Part shown: piece by piece, positions 17,804-27,470 of the stretch
How the letters are laid out: each line of letters starts with the position of its first letter
How positions within the stretch are numbered: the stretch's first letter is position 1
Source of the DNA: a virus
Length of the DNA stretch: 64,000 nt
Strand: one strand, 5' to 3'
Virus record (IMG/VR): IMGVR_UViG_3300013286_000501
Location: 16,060 to 80,059 of that record
The notes under the pieces: model-generated
The model's database searches: none
The model's input: the letters and a program-made list of their open reading frames with translations, nothing else
Told to the model about the DNA's origin: nothing
Position numbers and translations under genes: made by a program

Positions 17804-18030
17804 ATAGCTATTCCAATTACTTTATAAATTAACTGATCCAGCTCTGTTTGATAATCGTGATTACCTACTCTGCGCTTTAGCCAAATCTTTTCTACTAAAT
17901 CTTTGGCATTGATATCTGTATCTGGAGGCAGCTCTCCACGAGATTCTAGTTCTTCCTTAAGGTCATCTGTGTCAAAATCAGAGAGATCAACATCAACTTC
18001 GACTTCTGTGTATACTGTTTTATAGGTCAT
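17800..18030 (-). CDS. Hypothetical protein
   Basis: 76 aa, acidic N-terminus. Confidence 0.65.
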   Translation of the reverse strand: MTYKTVYTEVEVDVDLSDFDTDDLKEELESRGELPPDTDINAKDLVEKIWLKRRVGNHDYQTELDQLIYKVIGIAI

Positions 18031-18031
18031 A

Positions 18032-18562
18032 TTATCTTTCTCTTATTTTAAGTTTAGCGTAGATGTTTTGCACACCTACTGACTGTCGGATAGCATCTTG
18101 TAATGCATCGTGTTTACTACCTTGAGGCATCTCTGGATCATATCCTAGATCAAAAAGGGTGCGAGTATCACGTAGTTGCCAATAGCTCCAAGGCAATGGT
18201 TTGTTCAATTGCTGGAAAATATCTTCAATGATAACCAAATCGAATGTAGCACCGTGACTCCAAAACGCTGAACAACCCCAAGCAAACTTATGAAACTGAT
18301 CCATAGCATCTACTAGGCTAATGCGATTGTCTGGGCTAAACGCTTCTTCCATAACAGTAGGGTCTTGCTTGCTCCACCACAAAAGTGTGTTAGGATCAAT
18401 TTCACGACCTAGCTTGTCTTGGTCGTCGATGCTGATACGGAAATACAGTTTATCTCCGTAACCATTTCCATAGGGATTAAAATGAACTGCTCCCAGGGAT
18501 AGGACTACCGCCTTTGGAGACACTGCCATAGTCTCCATGTCAATCATCAAATGTTTTGCCAT
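18032..18562 (-). CDS. DEDDh 3'-5' exonuclease (Rv2179c/DUF5051-like)
   Basis: MIDMET, WSHGATFD, RDTRT, HDALQDA. Confidence 0.85.
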   Translation of the reverse strand: MAKHLMIDMETMAVSPKAVVLSLGAVHFNPYGNGYGDKLYFRISIDDQDKLGREIDPNTLLWWSKQDPTVMEEAFSPDNRISLVDAMDQFHKFAWGCSAFWSHGATFDLVIIEDIFQQLNKPLPWSYWQLRDTRTLFDLGYDPEMPQGSKHDALQDAIRQSVGVQNIYAKLKIRER

Positions 18563-18612
18563 TTTGGCTTTCTATATGTAAAAGTATAGTTTAACAGGTT
18601 ACAAGAAGTTTG

Positions 18613-19581
18613 TCAAGATTTAATTTCTTCAAACATACTAGGATTGAGTGTCGCTGGAACTTTTTTAACTTTAGGAACCTTTTTCTTTTTATGATTAGGA
18701 ATTTCTCCACGTTCTTTAACACTTAAATGTTTTCCCTCAAGTGCTAGTTTAGCATCTAACACAGCAGAAAAATCTTTAATTTGCTCATTCTTAATTCTGT
18801 CTTCGGCAGTAGTACAGTAGTCGGCACTCAAGTCTATTCCTAAATAACGACGACCTGTTTTTTCTGCAACAAAGGTAGTCGTTCCTGCTCCATTGAATGG
18901 ATCTAGAATAACATCATTTTGAAAAGAAAACATCTTTAATGCCCTGTATGCTAACTCTGTAGGGAACATAGCAGGATGTCCGTAATCTTTCATTTTGTGT
19001 TCCGGTGAAATACTCCATTTAGCATCTGCCCAAGTCTTGAATTCATTACCTGTAATATCTGCTAGCTTGCTATCACCTTCGTGTTTGAGATCACCTTTGC
19101 AAAATACTTCTAAAAATTCCCAGGTATATTTAAAATAAGGACCACTTGGACTTTTCCAAGAGCCCCAAGCGCAGTAAGCACAATTCCTATGATTCTTCTC
19201 CCATAGGATTTCTGCCTTCCAAATCAATCCTCTCTCCATAAATCCTTTAGAAATAAGATGATGACTGGGAATATATTCACTGAACAAGGGTTGTGTATTA
19301 ACAATGATTCTACCACCGTGTTTAACTACACGGATACATTCGTCAAATATAGCCCACAACATCTCAAAATATTTTGGCCAATCTGTTTTGTCATTATGCG
19401 TATCATACCCCATACCAAAATTATAAGGAGGAGAAGTGAATACCAAATCTACACAATTATCTGGTAATTGCTTTAATACAGACAAACTTTCTGCATTGAT
19501 AATTTTATTTGTGAATGCCAGCGGAAATTCGTTGTTTGTTTTTGAAAATTCTTTAGTGTATGATTTGTAACCTTCTGCCAT
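18613..19581 (-). CDS. N4-cytosine/N6-adenine DNA methyltransferase (beta class)
   Basis: TSPPY precedes HPAMFP and DPFNGAGTT. Confidence 0.92.
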   Translation of the reverse strand: MAEGYKSYTKEFSKTNNEFPLAFTNKIINAESLSVLKQLPDNCVDLVFTSPPYNFGMGYDTHNDKTDWPKYFEMLWAIFDECIRVVKHGGRIIVNTQPLFSEYIPSHHLISKGFMERGLIWKAEILWEKNHRNCAYCAWGSWKSPSGPYFKYTWEFLEVFCKGDLKHEGDSKLADITGNEFKTWADAKWSISPEHKMKDYGHPAMFPTELAYRALKMFSFQNDVILDPFNGAGTTTFVAEKTGRRYLGIDLSADYCTTAEDRIKNEQIKDFSAVLDAKLALEGKHLSVKERGEIPNHKKKKVPKVKKVPATLNPSMFEEIKS

Positions 19582-19600
19582 AATGAATCCTTAATTGTTT

Positions 19601-19629
19601 ATTATACTGTAATATTTATATAGTGTCAA
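19601..19629 (-). promoter_or_regulatory. Consensus sigma70 promoter of the MTase with TATAAATA in the spacer
   Basis: TTGACA-ctatataaatattacag-TATAAT. Confidence 0.8.
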
Positions 19630-19636
19630 TGCGGCA

Positions 19637-20488
19637 TTATAGGTATTGTGTTAGTTCCGGCGGAACGTAAACTCCATTGGAGTCAATTTGAGCTCGAAGG
19701 TACACATTACTACTAGCAGTAGATATTTTAATCAAGAAGTCTTCTTTGGATTTATTGGCCAAATAATTCAAACATATTTTTTCTACCAACTCGAATTTAT
19801 CTGCATTGAGTTTAGGATATTTCTCATATACACCGTTAGTTCCACGTTGGCATACCAATAGGCCGCCTGCACCGAATACGTTTTCAACTAAACTAGTTTG
19901 ACCAACACTTACATTATTGTCAGTAATACACATGCCCAATACATTGGGGTTCATTGCCCTTACTCGACGCATAATTCCGTCAACTCCGGTACATGCTGTT
20001 TTACAAAAATGACCAGTTTTATCTTCCGCTACAACAATGGGCATGATGCATCCGTGGGTAGGATCTACTATACCAACACCGCCGTCGACATCTTTAAAAC
20101 TTGTGGGACCATTGCTCCAACTTTCGACTACTTCTGTATTTTGAATAAGAGCAAGACTAGTGTTCCATTGGTTCTCAAAGGATTTCCTTACACGTTCAAA
20201 CACAGGAGCCCATAATTGTTCTGTCCAGCTAGGACTAACTTTAATTTTTTTATAGGCAAAAATATTGGTTTTATCGCCCTTTTGACTTTGTTCCCAAACA
20301 AATTGATCATATGTTTCGATACTTTGGCAATACTTTGCCCAATCACCGTCAACGACTGCATTCAACATAGCTTGGGCAACGACTGGATAAAGTTCTTCAG
20401 CCTGCCTAGCAAGAACATGATCATTGGCTGTTCGGTTATAACCTGTGGTAGGTTTTTTAACTAAATTGATATGATAGTTTGTATCCAT
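19637..20488 (-). CDS. Hypothetical protein, candidate restriction endonuclease
   Basis: Next to the MTase; DVDGG...VAEDK resembles a PD-(D/E)xK core. Start set at ATG 20488, downstream of the promoter at 20520-20548. Confidence 0.45.
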   Translation of the reverse strand: MDTNYHINLVKKPTTGYNRTANDHVLARQAEELYPVVAQAMLNAVVDGDWAKYCQSIETYDQFVWEQSQKGDKTNIFAYKKIKVSPSWTEQLWAPVFERVRKSFENQWNTSLALIQNTEVVESWSNGPTSFKDVDGGVGIVDPTHGCIMPIVVAEDKTGHFCKTACTGVDGIMRRVRAMNPNVLGMCITDNNVSVGQTSLVENVFGAGGLLVCQRGTNGVYEKYPKLNADKFELVEKICLNYLANKSKEDFLIKISTASSNVYLRAQIDSNGVYVPPELTQYL

Positions 20489-20587
20489 TTTATGCCCTGT
20501 ATTGTTTCCGTATGTGTATATTATACACGATTTTACCAGAGCAGTCAAGAGAAAACGGACCTAAAATAGAATCCGTTTTACCAAATA

Positions 20588-20827
20588 TTAGAACATTTTT
20601 TTAGGTAGTTCGTTATCGCGTAGCTTCTTTAGCCAACGTGCCCTTGCAGCACCTTTCTTACGCTTACGTTCGGTAGTGGGTTTTTCAAAGTGAGTACGGG
20701 CTTTAAGTTCTTCCAACTTACCCGAATCATCTACACGTTGTTTAAATTTGCGAAGTGCTACAGGTAAAGGTAAGTCTCCTACCACTATTTTGGAGCCCTG
20801 AATTCCTTTGTCTTTATTTCTGCTCAT
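20588..20827 (-). CDS. rpsU: Ribosomal protein bS21
   Basis: ALRKFKQRVDDSG...HFEKPTTERKRKKGAARAR. Confidence 0.92.
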   Translation of the reverse strand: MSRNKDKGIQGSKIVVGDLPLPVALRKFKQRVDDSGKLEELKARTHFEKPTTERKRKKGAARARWLKKLRDNELPKKMF

Positions 20828-22040
20828 TTGCTTTCTTATCAAATATCATTGTAGCAGGCTTTCCGGCTACGGTATCTTTAGTTATCACAATTTTGGTTAA
20901 ACCACGTTCTACAAGATTAATAGCATCAAATTGATAAGGTAGCAATGTCTTTTCCAGGATATTTTTAAGACCACGGGCATTAGTTTTAAGTTCTTTGGCC
21001 TTTTCTGCAATATAAGTCAATGCCGAATCTTCAAATGTTAATTCAATACCATCTAACTCAAAGATATATTGATACTGATTAATTAGGCTATTCTTGGGTT
21101 CTTTAAGTACACTGACAAGGCTTTCTATACTCAATTCATCAACATTGGTAATAAGTCCAAATCGACCAATAAATTCAGGAATCAATCCGTATTGGATCAA
21201 GTCTTTAGTAGTAGCCTGTTGATACAGATCGTTTGATTTATTCTTATCAATGATAGCAGAGTGAAATCCCACACTGCGAGCATCTGTGCGCTTTTCAATG
21301 ATCTTATCTAGTCCAACAAAAGCACCACTGCAAATAAACAAGATACTACGGGTATCGATCTCTTGCATGTCACTTCCCGGATGTTTACGTTTTCCCGAGA
21401 AAGGCACACGCATAATTGATCCTTCGACCATCTTTAGTAAAGCCTGTTGTACACCTTCACCACTAACATCGCGGGTAATTGATACGTTTTCGCCTTTACG
21501 GGCAATCTTATCGATTTCATCAATATAAACAATACCGCGTTGTGCTTTTTCGATGTCTCCGTCAGCTTCGTTCATTAGGCGTGTTAGGATACTTTCAACG
21601 TCATCACCCACATATCCCGCTTCTGTAATGCCAGTGGCATCACAAATAGCAAATGGAAGATCTAGGTATTCGGCAATCTTACGTGCCAACATGGTCTTAC
21701 CACAACCAGTAGGACCTAACATTAGTACGTTGGTCTTTTCTAGTTTGATTGTTTCACTTGGATTGTTTACACGTTTGAAGTGCTGACTAACTGCTACACT
21801 TAGTGCAATTTTAGCATCGTCTTGCCCTATAACATATTCGTCTAGGAAGTCCTTGATCAGTGATGGATTTAGTGTGGCGGTATCAGATGGAAACTTTTTG
21901 ATTTTTTCATCTTTTAGTATATCGACACATAGCTCAACACAGTCGTTACATATTGCACTGTTCTCACCTACAATAAGTTTCTCTACATTCTCTTTGCTTT
22001 TTCCGCAAAAGTCACAGGTATGTTCAGGTTGTTTGGCCAC
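20814..22040 (-). CDS. clpX: ClpX ATPase
   Basis: CDFCGK/ICNDC zinc domain, [29 protein letters not shown]. Confidence 0.97.
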   Translation of the reverse strand: MAKQPEHTCDFCGKSKENVEKLIVGENSAICNDCVELCVDILKDEKIKKFPSDTATLNPSLIKDFLDEYVIGQDDAKIALSVAVSQHFKRVNNPSETIKLEKTNVLMLGPTGCGKTMLARKIAEYLDLPFAICDATGITEAGYVGDDVESILTRLMNEADGDIEKAQRGIVYIDEIDKIARKGENVSITRDVSGEGVQQALLKMVEGSIMRVPFSGKRKHPGSDMQEIDTRSILFICSGAFVGLDKIIEKRTDARSVGFHSAIIDKNKSNDLYQQATTKDLIQYGLIPEFIGRFGLITNVDELSIESLVSVLKEPKNSLINQYQYIFELDGIELTFEDSALTYIAEKAKELKTNARGLKNILEKTLLPYQFDAINLVERGLTKIVITKDTVAGKPATMIFDKKANEQK

Positions 22041-22422
22041 TTAATGCTCTTTCTAAAAATTCTTCTATCTGGTGAACACGGTTACTATTAATATGACTAT
22101 ATACTGCCGCAATATTTTTGTCTGTAGTTTTATAAACGAAATTATTCTTTCCCAGCACATAACCACTTAACGCGGAAGTAACATAATTATTTCCATCTAG
22201 GTCTATATACTTATGTTCACATGATCCAATGGCATGAAAAAACCACGTGACATTTGGTTCACCGTTATAGAAATAGATGTTGATGTTTTCATCTATGTTA
22301 GTATCGGACAACCATTTACTAACTGCATCCTGATCTTGTTCAGATAAGTTTACGAACAGTAGACTAATATTACCGTTCTCAAATATGTCCGGCGGAGTGA
22401 TTAGTGTAATTTTACCGTTCAT
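22024..22422 (-). CDS. Hypothetical protein
   Basis: 132 aa, overlapping neighbours. Confidence 0.7.
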   Translation of the reverse strand: MNGKITLITPPDIFENGNISLLFVNLSEQDQDAVSKWLSDTNIDENINIYFYNGEPNVTWFFHAIGSCEHKYIDLDGNNYVTSALSGYVLGKNNFVYKTTDKNIAAVYSHINSNRVHQIEEFLERALSGQTT

Positions 22423-23807
22423 ACTCTGGCCTTAACTTCTGCCATCAATGATTCGGGTACTTCATCCATTGTCATCTTACCTTGTCTAACCAATTCTGCA
22501 ATTTCATTAACGTGCAACTCAATCTTATCTTGGCTGGCCTGCATATATTCCTCATGCGATATAACACCTGTCCATAGACTACTTTCTTGTTGTTCCTCAT
22601 TCTGAACAAACAATGGCTCATCTAGATAGGTGTCGTCCACTAGTGGGTTATGTACTGCTGAACGATCATCCATACTGTCGAGTTCTGGCTTGTATACTAG
22701 CGGCGTAAGATTTTCAAAATGTGCGAAACCTTTTGTCAAGTAAGGGTGTTGTTCTAGTAGGGTTGGTTCTCTCACCGGAGTTAACGCTTCTATAACTTCT
22801 TCAACCTCTGCATCTGTACCAGGATACGGAACAGGGATTTCATCGAACATCCAACCTATGGGATGTGGATCGGATTCTGTGACAGTGGCTGTGCTGACTA
22901 CATAAGATTTCTTTTCAGGGCTGTCACCCTCCGTGGCTTTTAGTTCTTCCGCAGTGGGTTTTTCAAAATCCTCAAATGTGTATCTTCCTAGATTATCTTC
23001 TGCGATCTGATCAAAATCGCGTTGTTCCAACCGCTTTCTAAAGTCCTGGAAACTGATCTGACTAGACAACAATAGGATAACAGCCATAGGATCAAACACT
23101 ACAATCAATGTAATGATAACCCAGGTCACTGCTTTCTCTAGTATGCCTTCATTAGTCTCACCATAGACAAATGCTGCAATATATTTTATCGGACCAACTT
23201 CTGCTTCCACCTTGCGTACTTCAGCGGCGATGGGTGCCCGTTCTTCACTAAGCTGGGTAATTGTTTTCTGTTCGGTGGTAATCTCATAAAGTAATCTAGT
23301 GCGTTCTTTGGCCTGCCCTCTACGGAGCGCAACTGCCTTGTCCGCACCCTTTTCATCTTGACTTCGACCCATAACTTGGTCCACAGACTCATCCATCTGT
23401 TTGAGCGCCTTGCGATTAGCATCGATATTTTCCTTTGCTGTTTTAATCTTTTCGTCATACACACTAATCTTTGCCTGGACATCACCACTGACTAGACTTT
23501 GGTCACTGTGTGCTTTACTCAAGAATCCAAAGATACCCATGCTGGTGACCATCATGAGTACTATGATAGCGGCAAATAGATAGCCTCGCATAGTCCACGG
23601 GGCAATCTTCCAGTTTTGTTTTAGCCACAATGTAGCAGTGACTTTACCCAGGCCCAATGCTATTCCCATAATAACAACGGGGATAACTGCGGCAGAGAAA
23701 ATAGCGGTAAGGCCGAGAATACTATAATACTCTGCGACCAAGGATAGGAACAGTCCGCTAAACAGTGCTAGGTAGGCGAGGAACTTTTCATTTAATGTTG
23801 GTTTCAT
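22419..23807 (-). CDS. Membrane protein with coiled coil and acidic tail
   Basis: Three N-terminal TM helices, coiled coil, then TM with VVFDPMAV. Confidence 0.75.
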   Translation of the reverse strand: MKPTLNEKFLAYLALFSGLFLSLVAEYYSILGLTAIFSAAVIPVVIMGIALGLGKVTATLWLKQNWKIAPWTMRGYLFAAIIVLMMVTSMGIFGFLSKAHSDQSLVSGDVQAKISVYDEKIKTAKENIDANRKALKQMDESVDQVMGRSQDEKGADKAVALRRGQAKERTRLLYEITTEQKTITQLSEERAPIAAEVRKVEAEVGPIKYIAAFVYGETNEGILEKAVTWVIITLIVVFDPMAVILLLSSQISFQDFRKRLEQRDFDQIAEDNLGRYTFEDFEKPTAEELKATEGDSPEKKSYVVSTATVTESDPHPIGWMFDEIPVPYPGTDAEVEEVIEALTPVREPTLLEQHPYLTKGFAHFENLTPLVYKPELDSMDDRSAVHNPLVDDTYLDEPLFVQNEEQQESSLWTGVISHEEYMQASQDKIELHVNEIAELVRQGKMTMDEVPESLMAEVKARV

Positions 23808-23815
23808 AAGGTTAT

Positions 23816-24343
23816 TTATAACCAGTCAAACAATCCCGTAGATCTCATTAGGGGAGTCTTCTTGATAGCAATAGTTTGAATTTTATTTCCTATAGGTCTA
23901 TGCCCGTGATTTTTTACGTGAGACTCAACTAATTCGTCTTCGATACGTTGCAGTTCAGCACGAGGATTGTCAATTTCAAAAGGAGCAAGAGTATAATCCA
24001 TCATAGTTAGCACTACATCATTCTTGTCAAATACTACATTAAATGTAGTTTCTATTTTGTTGATAATTTCGTCAATGTCTGCTTTTGTAGACGGCCCCCG
24101 TTTAAGATTCGGCTTTTCCCAACCGGGCATGTGTCCTGCCTGTGTATATGCACGTTCACCGTAATCATTTCCGCCATGTCCGAATTTATGTTGGATACCG
24201 TATTTTAATATGTAACCTTTCCATGTAAAACAATAAACATAGATTTGTATATCTTGTGACCGACAGAACCTCATGATATCTGTATAGTCATTGATATTTT
24301 TAAAATCTAAAGTGTAGGTAGCCGGAATATATTTTGTAATCAT
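23816..24343 (-). CDS. Hypothetical protein (weak GIY-YIG-like)
   Basis: IYVY...LKYG...R, and late E...PIGN. Confidence 0.5.
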   Translation of the reverse strand: MITKYIPATYTLDFKNINDYTDIMRFCRSQDIQIYVYCFTWKGYILKYGIQHKFGHGGNDYGERAYTQAGHMPGWEKPNLKRGPSTKADIDEIINKIETTFNVVFDKNDVVLTMMDYTLAPFEIDNPRAELQRIEDELVESHVKNHGHRPIGNKIQTIAIKKTPLMRSTGLFDWL

Positions 24344-24723
24344 CGTCGCATCCTTGAAATGTTAATTGCTTCTTCATCACTAAACACTGGTACAGCGTTT
24401 GACTTGTGCATGGTTCCGATGCCTAGAATTTTAGTCCCAGTGTACTGGGGAATATCTTTGGTGCGAACTGCACCTGTATGTCCTGTATCGCGACTAGGCA
24501 TACGAGTGGTCTCGCGGCCTGACAGCGTATAGACAAGTGGTTCGGCCGACATGGCTCGCTTGCGTTTTTTATCTTCGGCCTCTACTGCCCACTTCTTCTG
24601 TAGTTGTTTCCAGGCCTCATCTAACTCGCGGGCCTTCTTTGCCTCTTCGGCATTGCGGAACTTGACCTTGCCACGCTTCTTACCAACGGTAGAGAGCCAA
24701 GGTCCTTCAAGATGCATTGTCAT
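24340..24723 (-). CDS. Phage hypothetical protein
   Basis: YTGTKILGIGTMHKSNAVPVF C-terminus. Confidence 0.7.
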   Translation of the reverse strand: MTMHLEGPWLSTVGKKRGKVKFRNAEEAKKARELDEAWKQLQKKWAVEAEDKKRKRAMSAEPLVYTLSGRETTRMPSRDTGHTGAVRTKDIPQYTGTKILGIGTMHKSNAVPVFSDEEAINISRMRR

Positions 24724-24968
24724 TATTCGTCCTGTTCGTTTGTAAGTTGATCTCGAAATACCTGCAACTGCTGAATCAAATTATCAACACCTGTCCTATT
24801 CATTGTAAGCTCACTATAGCCTACTTGTAAAGATACAGTATTGTCATCTGTCACGCCGATACGATAAAAGACTTTTGTTTCGGATTTGGGAGGCGGCATC
24901 TTCGGCGGCTCTGGAAACTTGACTACATTACTGTATTCACGTTTTCTAAAAAAATCAAAATCAAACAT
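24723..24968 (-). CDS. Hypothetical protein
   Basis: 81-aa ORF in operon. Confidence 0.6.
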   Translation of the reverse strand: MFDFDFFRKREYSNVVKFPEPPKMPPPKSETKVFYRIGVTDDNTVSLQVGYSELTMNRTGVDNLIQQLQVFRDQLTNEQDE

Positions 24969-25296
24969 GGGCTTCTTCTAATTTGGGGAAGTCAATAGGG
25001 TTGTTTGTATTTGTTGAGTGAGGTTCGAATGTCATCTGAACCTTACGGGGCAGGCCTGTCCAACGCTGGATTACACCGTTCGGAGCAATCTTAATACTTC
25101 CAGCTACTACCCAAATCTTACTACCACTGGCATCTGTGCCTGCTAACTTTCGTACTACCCCGTTGATCAGTCCGCTTGCAGTATCCTTGCCGCGATTCCA
25201 ATGATAGGTAGTACCCTTGTTTGTCCAAACTTGCTCATCGCCACTATCGGCTAGGCAATGTTGTTTAACTTTGTTCAATGTGTATTCAGCGTTCAT
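24961..25296 (-). CDS. Hypothetical protein
   Basis: AGGAGG RBS; sigma70-like TTGCGT-17-TATAAT upstream. Confidence 0.7.
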   Translation of the reverse strand: MNAEYTLNKVKQHCLADSGDEQVWTNKGTTYHWNRGKDTASGLINGVVRKLAGTDASGSKIWVVAGSIKIAPNGVIQRWTGLPRKVQMTFEPHSTNTNNPIDFPKLEEAHV

Positions 25297-25414
25297 AGAA
25301 CCTCCTAATGTGTATGTCTATGTTAATATTATACGGTAAATCCAGTATTCACGCAAGAGGAATTTTTACCAAAAGAAAACCCACCGAAGCGGGTTTAATT
25401 GGGTTTCTGATATT

Positions 25415-25969
25415 TTAGAAACTAACTTTTAGACCTAGGCCCAAAGCGTTTTCTTGGATGTCTTGATAGCTCTTGCTTGCGTTAACATTAATTGCAACAT
25501 TCTTGGCAACTGGAATGCTGTAGGTAGCAAATGCCAAAGTCTGTTTTGTGCGAGTGTGCTCATCACTACCGACACGAGTCTTAACACCAACTAGTGCAAA
25601 GCCTGGGCCAACTGGCAAGCCAGCAGTAGCGCCAACTAGACCGTATGTGTAAGGAGCGCCCTTAACACCGTTGAAGCCATTGTCATGACCAACACCAACG
25701 AATGGAGTAACACCTGCAAAGCCAATTTTGTTGTTAGCGGCAGTTACTTCTGTGCTGTTTACCAAACCACCAGTTTTGAAGTTAGCAGTGCGAGACTGTA
25801 AACCCAATTGGTAGTCGCCGAAGCCTTTACCAGCACGAACATATTGTGCTGTGCTGTCTTTTCCACCCTTAAGACCTGTGACTGCATCAACGTCGACAGA
25901 TACATAATCAGCGGCTGCTGCCATACCGGCTGCTAGAGCAATGGCTGTTGCGATTGCGATTTTTTTCAT
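25415..25969 (-). CDS. Outer-membrane beta-barrel protein 1
   Basis: Signal peptide, alternating beta-strands, C-terminal GLGLKVSF (BAM-type terminal Phe). Confidence 0.75.
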   Translation of the reverse strand: MKKIAIATAIALAAGMAAAADYVSVDVDAVTGLKGGKDSTAQYVRAGKGFGDYQLGLQSRTANFKTGGLVNSTEVTAANNKIGFAGVTPFVGVGHDNGFNGVKGAPYTYGLVGATAGLPVGPGFALVGVKTRVGSDEHTRTKQTLAFATYSIPVAKNVAINVNASKSYQDIQENALGLGLKVSF

Positions 25970-26041
25970 ATATGAAATTTCCTTTAAAGAATGACTGTGT
26001 GTCATTGAACTATTATTTACTCTTTAGGCATAAAGGTCAAG

Positions 26042-26065
26042 AAAAAAGGCAATAAAATTGCCTTC
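26042..26065 (-). terminator. Intrinsic terminator
   Basis: AAGGCAAT/ATTGCCTT stem followed by a T-run. Confidence 0.65.
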
Positions 26066-26081
26066 TTTGAGCAAATTTGGA

Positions 26082-26654
26082 TTAAAATGCGTATTTTAAT
26101 CCAGCAGTTACTCTATTACCGTTAAAGACACTAACAGTAGACTGTCCGACCTGACGAGTAAAATCACCTGTCAAGTATACGTTTTTCATAACCGGAATGT
26201 CAACTCCGAGACCAGCAGTGGCTGCAAGTCCGGTATGGCTGTATGTATTATGTGTTAGAGAATACCTAGTGCTAACTGGATCAGTAACTAGTATGGCGCC
26301 GCCTACCTTTGCCACTAGTAATACTCCACGTACATTGGCTAGATCGAATGAAGTGATTAAACTATAACGATCTTGTTTAATATCTGGTAACAGCCCATCG
26401 CTGTCAACAGTTACGGGGTAACCCCCGGTTGATCGGCTATAACCCGCAGTCAATGCAAATCGTCCAATCTGGTGTCCTACAGTAATTCCAAACTCGTTAC
26501 GATTAGCACCTTGGTTACAACTCCTTGGGCCAACAACAAATCCACAACTGCCAGTAGCAGAAGATAAATCTCGACCACCGATGATGCCAACTTCAACAGC
26601 ATTGGATGCCATTGTAAATGCTGCCATTAACGATGCGATAATTAATTTTTTCAT
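26082..26654 (-). CDS. Outer-membrane beta-barrel protein 2 (OmpA/Ail-like 8-strand)
   Basis: Signal peptide, AGLGVDIPV, C-terminal AGLKYAF. Confidence 0.78.
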   Translation of the reverse strand: MKKLIIASLMAAFTMASNAVEVGIIGGRDLSSATGSCGFVVGPRSCNQGANRNEFGITVGHQIGRFALTAGYSRSTGGYPVTVDSDGLLPDIKQDRYSLITSFDLANVRGVLLVAKVGGAILVTDPVSTRYSLTHNTYSHTGLAATAGLGVDIPVMKNVYLTGDFTRQVGQSTVSVFNGNRVTAGLKYAF

Positions 26655-26703
26655 TATACTTCCTTTGTAATCTATACAGACTGTATAGTGTAGATATTTA
26701 ATC

Positions 26704-26731
26704 AAAAGAAAAGCACCCAAAGGTGCTTTCT
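26704..26731 (-). terminator. tmRNA terminator
   Basis: AAAGCACC-TTTG-GGTGCTTT followed by TCTTTT. Confidence 0.75.
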
Positions 26732-26734
26732 GGT

Positions 26735-27005
26735 TGTTTTGGTAACAAGGTAAGTCCTACCTCGGAGATCAAGCGGCTAGCGCCCAGACCTCATCGTTAG
26801 ATGCGTTTGCATTTAGGTTTTTTGTGTCTTTGACCGGGTTCCCCCAATCCTAACGGCTTCTACATTGCCGGACAGTCCATTTCATTACTCTTGACCCAAT
26901 CGATCCTGTGTCATCCCCACCTAAATATACAGCATACACTTAGGTGGAGATGTCGGGCACTGCCCCCGAGTCTTGAATCCTTTTCAATCTACTTCATACC
27001 ATCAT
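26735..27005 (-). ncRNA. ssrA: Circularly permuted (two-piece) tmRNA
   Basis: Acceptor piece ...TCGGGGGCAGTGCCCGACATCTCCACC (ends 26943), then a hairpin intervening sequence, then 5' GGGGATG (26918) pairing with CATCTCC including G3-U70. Tag ORF 26810-26769 reads ANASNDEVWALAA*. Outer ends approximate. Confidence 0.9.
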
Positions 27006-27016
27006 AACTTTACTTA

Positions 27017-27217
27017 TCATTTTACAAATCTCGGCATACGATCTTCGGTGCCAGCGTATTGAAAGTTATCCAACATAGGCACAAGACTGGCCATGTCACT
27101 GGCAGGGTGGCGATAAATTTCTTTTAAGTCGGCACCGTCGATCAACATGAAATACAACTTGGTTGTACCTTCATCAACTTGTGGCTTAAAAATATATTCC
27201 AAATCTTCTAAAATCAT
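27017..27217 (-). CDS. Hypothetical protein
   Basis: 66 aa; AAGGA RBS. Confidence 0.6.
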   Translation of the reverse strand: MILEDLEYIFKPQVDEGTTKLYFMLIDGADLKEIYRHPASDMASLVPMLDNFQYAGTEDRMPRFVK

Positions 27218-27470
27218 AATGTTTCCTTAATAACACACCAAATGAAAGAGCACTTGCATACCTTCTAGGGCATATACAACCCGTTTACAACTATACAACC
27301 TTACGCCTCTTTCCTGACCCAGGCTTCTCAGTGTGTGTTAAATTTACTCATCATAGGGTTTCAAAAAATCGTCTCCCTCTGAATCTTCATCAAACTTTGA
27401 CCAATCGTAAGTAGCTACGGCGTAGGCCCAATATCCTACCAATCCGATCATTATTACTACCAGTAATAGA

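Noticed and set aside
26912-26975. tRNA-Ala gene
   Set aside because: Acceptor halves are in permuted order with no anticodon arm; it is part of the tmRNA.
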